Source: Candidatus Micrarchaeota archaeon (GTDB lineage Archaea; Micrarchaeota; Micrarchaeia; CABMEP01). Taken from it: DNA of 49,418 nucleotides. Positions within the stretch are counted from its first letter, which is position 1, and every line of letters starts with the position of its first letter. The stretch lies in assembly GCA_964358895.1 (NCBI GenBank), contig CAYHPR010000005.1, forward strand, positions 1,189-50,606. The letters are read 5' to 3'. Under the pieces are notes generated by a model that was given only the letters and a program-made list of their open reading frames with translations, did no database searches and was not told the DNA's origin. Shown here in pieces: positions 46,922 through 49,418 of the stretch. A program made the position numbers and the translations under genes.

Positions 46922-48043
46922 ATGAGAGAAGTGTACCTTGATTATGCATCTACTACTCCTGTAAGAAAAGAGGTAGTCAAAGCCATGATGCCATACTTTT
47001 CAGAGAAGTTTGGCAATCCTATGTCAACTCATTCTTTCGGTGAAGAAGCATTAAATGCAGTTGAAGCGGCTAGGGAAAAAATAGCTAAAACGCTTAATTC
47101 TAATCCAAATGAAATTATCTTTACTGCAAGCGGTACGGAGTCGGATAATCTTGCAATAAAAGGTGCAGTTTATGCAAAGATTCAACAAGGAAAGAATATT
47201 ATCACCAGTCCGATAGAGCACGAAGCAGTTGCTAATTCCTGCAAGTTTCTGTCTGAAAACGGTTTTTCAGTTACATCTCTTCCTGCTGACGTAGATGGTC
47301 GAGTAAGCGCTGCAGATGTTAGGGCGAGTATAACTCCTAAAACTACATTAGTGACCATAATGCATGCGAATAACGAGATCGGTACAACTCAGCCTATTGA
47401 AGACATAGCTAGAATCGCAAATGAAAAAGGAGTACTAACTCATACAGATGCTGTCCAGTCGTACGGACAGCTTCCAGTTGATGTAAAATCTTTGAGGATT
47501 GATCTTCTATCAATTTCAGGTCATAAAATATATGCGCCTAAAGGTATCGGTGCACTTTATGTCCGAGAAGGAGTTGAGCTTTCTCCAATAATCCATGGAA
47601 AAGGTCAGGAAAAAGGAATACGTGCAGGAACATTAAATGTGCCTGCGATAGTGGGTTTTGCAACTGCTGCTGAATTGGCAATGAAGGAAATGAAGAAAGA
47701 AAGTAAAAGACTTACAAAACTGCGAGATCTTTTCATTAATCATACAATCGAAGCAATGAAGGGTGTAAAACTTAATGGCCATCCAACAAAAAGACTTCCG
47801 AACAATATCAATCTCTCATTTGATGGAATTACTGGCGATGAAATAGTCAAGGAAATGGGCAGACATGGCATGGCTGTTTCTACTAGTACGAATAGCAATA
47901 TACTTCGAATAATTGGTGTCAGTGGCCAAAAGGCAATTGGATCCGTAAGAATTTCACTCGGAAAGGATACAACTGAAACTGATGTAAGAAACGCAATGAA
48001 AACACTTCAAAAGATTGTTGAAACTGTAAGGAAACGATACTGA
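46922..48043 (+). CDS. IscS/NifS-like class V PLP enzyme lacking the catalytic Cys motif
   Basis: 'YLDYASTTP', 'GNP.S.H', 'NNEIG', 'HTDAVQ', 'SGHK'; expected 'SxGSACS' reads 'STSTNSN'. Confidence 0.9.
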   Translation: MREVYLDYASTTPVRKEVVKAMMPYFSEKFGNPMSTHSFGEEALNAVEAAREKIAKTLNSNPNEIIFTASGTESDNLAIKGAVYAKIQQGKNIITSPIEHEAVANSCKFLSENGFSVTSLPADVDGRVSAADVRASITPKTTLVTIMHANNEIGTTQPIEDIARIANEKGVLTHTDAVQSYGQLPVDVKSLRIDLLSISGHKIYAPKGIGALYVREGVELSPIIHGKGQEKGIRAGTLNVPAIVGFATAAELAMKEMKKESKRLTKLRDLFINHTIEAMKGVKLNGHPTKRLPNNINLSFDGITGDEIVKEMGRHGMAVSTSTNSNILRIIGVSGQKAIGSVRISLGKDTTETDVRNAMKTLQKIVETVRKRY

Positions 48044-48139
48044 TCCATTAACCACTGTCTGCTAGTCTGATATTACGGTAACATTATCAGTGTATTTCTG
48101 AAAAACAGCTTGCATTTTAACATGAAGTCTTGTTGAGAT

Positions 48140-49108
48140 TTAAACGGCTTCATCAGAAAATTTTTGAGTCAATAATCTATCAGGTCGAAAAACGGCAGGG
48201 GGGCGTATGCTATTTTTGATGTTCTTAGCTATCTTTATTTGCGAACCAACGTTTATTAGAAAATTATCAATTCTTTGATGTAATTCTGGATATTCTCGTC
48301 TATTTAATTTCAGACGTGAATGTTCAAGTTCCTCAAATATCAATTTTTTGATTTCTTTTTCTTTTATAGATCTGTACAGTTCTATAAGCTTGTCACCTAC
48401 TGTGACGATTTTATCCCCTAAATCCATCATCACAGTTGTAATCCCGGCTGAACTTATTGCTCTAACTGTAGAACGTTTTATTTCAATAGGTTCACCGTTT
48501 TTAAGTATACTCTCAAAAAATCCTATCACTGGTTCTGGATACCTTATCTTTTCAACAGCATTTATGGCCGCATTCTTCAGCAGCCACTGATTTGTAGAAT
48601 TGATTACATCGTAAAAAAACTTTTCAAATTGATTTAGTTCTTGACCAGGCCCTATCTGATCCCCTGGCAGGTAGTATCTTGTCATTAGGTAAGCCTCTGC
48701 GTATTTTTCAAGCGTATATGCCTTAACATACAAATCTATACAGGTATCATATTCCTCTTTAAACGAGTAGAGGTGTCTCTCCTCTTTTTCTGTAATTTCC
48801 TTTAGCAATTGAATACGTGCCATAAGTTTTATTCTTCTAAACCTCAAAAATTCAAAAGAATTTTTGAAACTAATGGGTCCACCGACTAACGGTTTGTCAC
48901 TTTGCAAGATTTCTATTAATTCTATTTTTTGTAAATTTCCAATATTTTCGTACTTCTGTCCTGTTTCTTCAGCAATTTGAATTTTTTGTTCGATTAAAAG
49001 AGACTCTGCTAATTTACGATAGGTTCTATACTGTGCCTTCTGAGAATTGATTTCCGTCCTTGTTATTTGTACATGAACCAATGACTTTTGACCTGCTAAC
49101 GTCTGCAT
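48140..49108 (-). CDS. Hypothetical helical (HEAT-like) protein
   Basis: 322-aa ORF; 'WLLKNAAINAVEKI' and 'EIKRSTVRAIS' HEAT-like segments. Confidence 0.65.
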   Translation of the reverse strand: MQTLAGQKSLVHVQITRTEINSQKAQYRTYRKLAESLLIEQKIQIAEETGQKYENIGNLQKIELIEILQSDKPLVGGPISFKNSFEFLRFRRIKLMARIQLLKEITEKEERHLYSFKEEYDTCIDLYVKAYTLEKYAEAYLMTRYYLPGDQIGPGQELNQFEKFFYDVINSTNQWLLKNAAINAVEKIRYPEPVIGFFESILKNGEPIEIKRSTVRAISSAGITTVMMDLGDKIVTVGDKLIELYRSIKEKEIKKLIFEELEHSRLKLNRREYPELHQRIDNFLINVGSQIKIAKNIKNSIRPPAVFRPDRLLTQKFSDEAV

Positions 49109-49197
49109 CTCTGTCGTTTTTATCGCCTCACTTCGTTGTTGCCGTCGTAAACTTTTTTTGATTGTATTTAAAGGTTAGTTGGACAATTGACGAACTT

Positions 49198-49416
49198 TTA
49201 ACCTGTACGAATCTGGTAACGTCCTCGTTGCTTGATTTCTTCCATTCTACCTAAGACCCGTTTCCAAGATGGATTTGCTTTGTAACCTTCAAGAAAAGCA
49301 GTAAATTTCTTACCAATTGACTTTTGCATCAGTAATAGGTCTACAGCTTGTTCTTCCGAATCTTTTGAAAATACAGCAAGGCCTAGGTCAATTATCCATG
49401 GCTGCCCTTTTTCTAT
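49198..49416 (-). CDS. bud32: KEOPS kinase Bud32, C-terminal part (gene runs off window end)
   Basis: IEKGQPWIIDLGLA...EEQAVDLLL...FLEGY...EEIKQRGRY. Confidence 0.88.
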   Translation of the reverse strand: MEKGQPWIIDLGLAVFSKDSEEQAVDLLLMQKSIGKKFTAFLEGYKANPSWKRVLGRMEEIKQRGRYQIRTG

Positions 49417-49418
49417 AA

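Noticed and set aside
49198-49416. DLG instead of DFG in Bud32 as a sign of inactivation
   Set aside because: Catalytic Asp retained, DLG is a tolerated kinase variant, and the gene is only partly visible

Overview
AT-rich archaeal chromosomal segment, most consistent with a DPANN lineage (inference). Supporting markers are exosome Csl4, RpoL, archaeal-type ThrRS, FEN1, aMBF1, eL41, Bud32, BHB-type tRNA introns and many orphan genes. Housekeeping genes are interspersed with two large surface glycoprotein genes, three intact ftsZ paralogues, coiled-coil orphans and a serine recombinase. Most striking is a 1080-bp unit encoding an HTH + double-LAGLIDADG endonuclease. It is bounded by a perfect 28-bp duplication of the 5' end of tRNA-His. 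Its ORF contains a TATA box positioned for the intact tRNA copy, runs through the tRNA 5' exon and stops inside a non-canonical 29/30 intron, while the orphaned upstream tRNA fragment can fold against an adjacent antisense copy. Second, there are bacterial-type c-di-GMP modules in an archaeon: a PilZ protein with intact RxxxR/DxSxxG motifs and an HD-GYP protein with HD changed to QD, both near ftsZ genes. Other points: a TPR-AAA ATPase with a mini-intein and C-terminal membrane anchor, an IscS-like enzyme lacking its catalytic Cys loop, a tRNA-Ala intron built of nested palindromes, and several small ORFs absent from the ORF track. All family calls come from motif recognition by eye; no database search or folding program was run.
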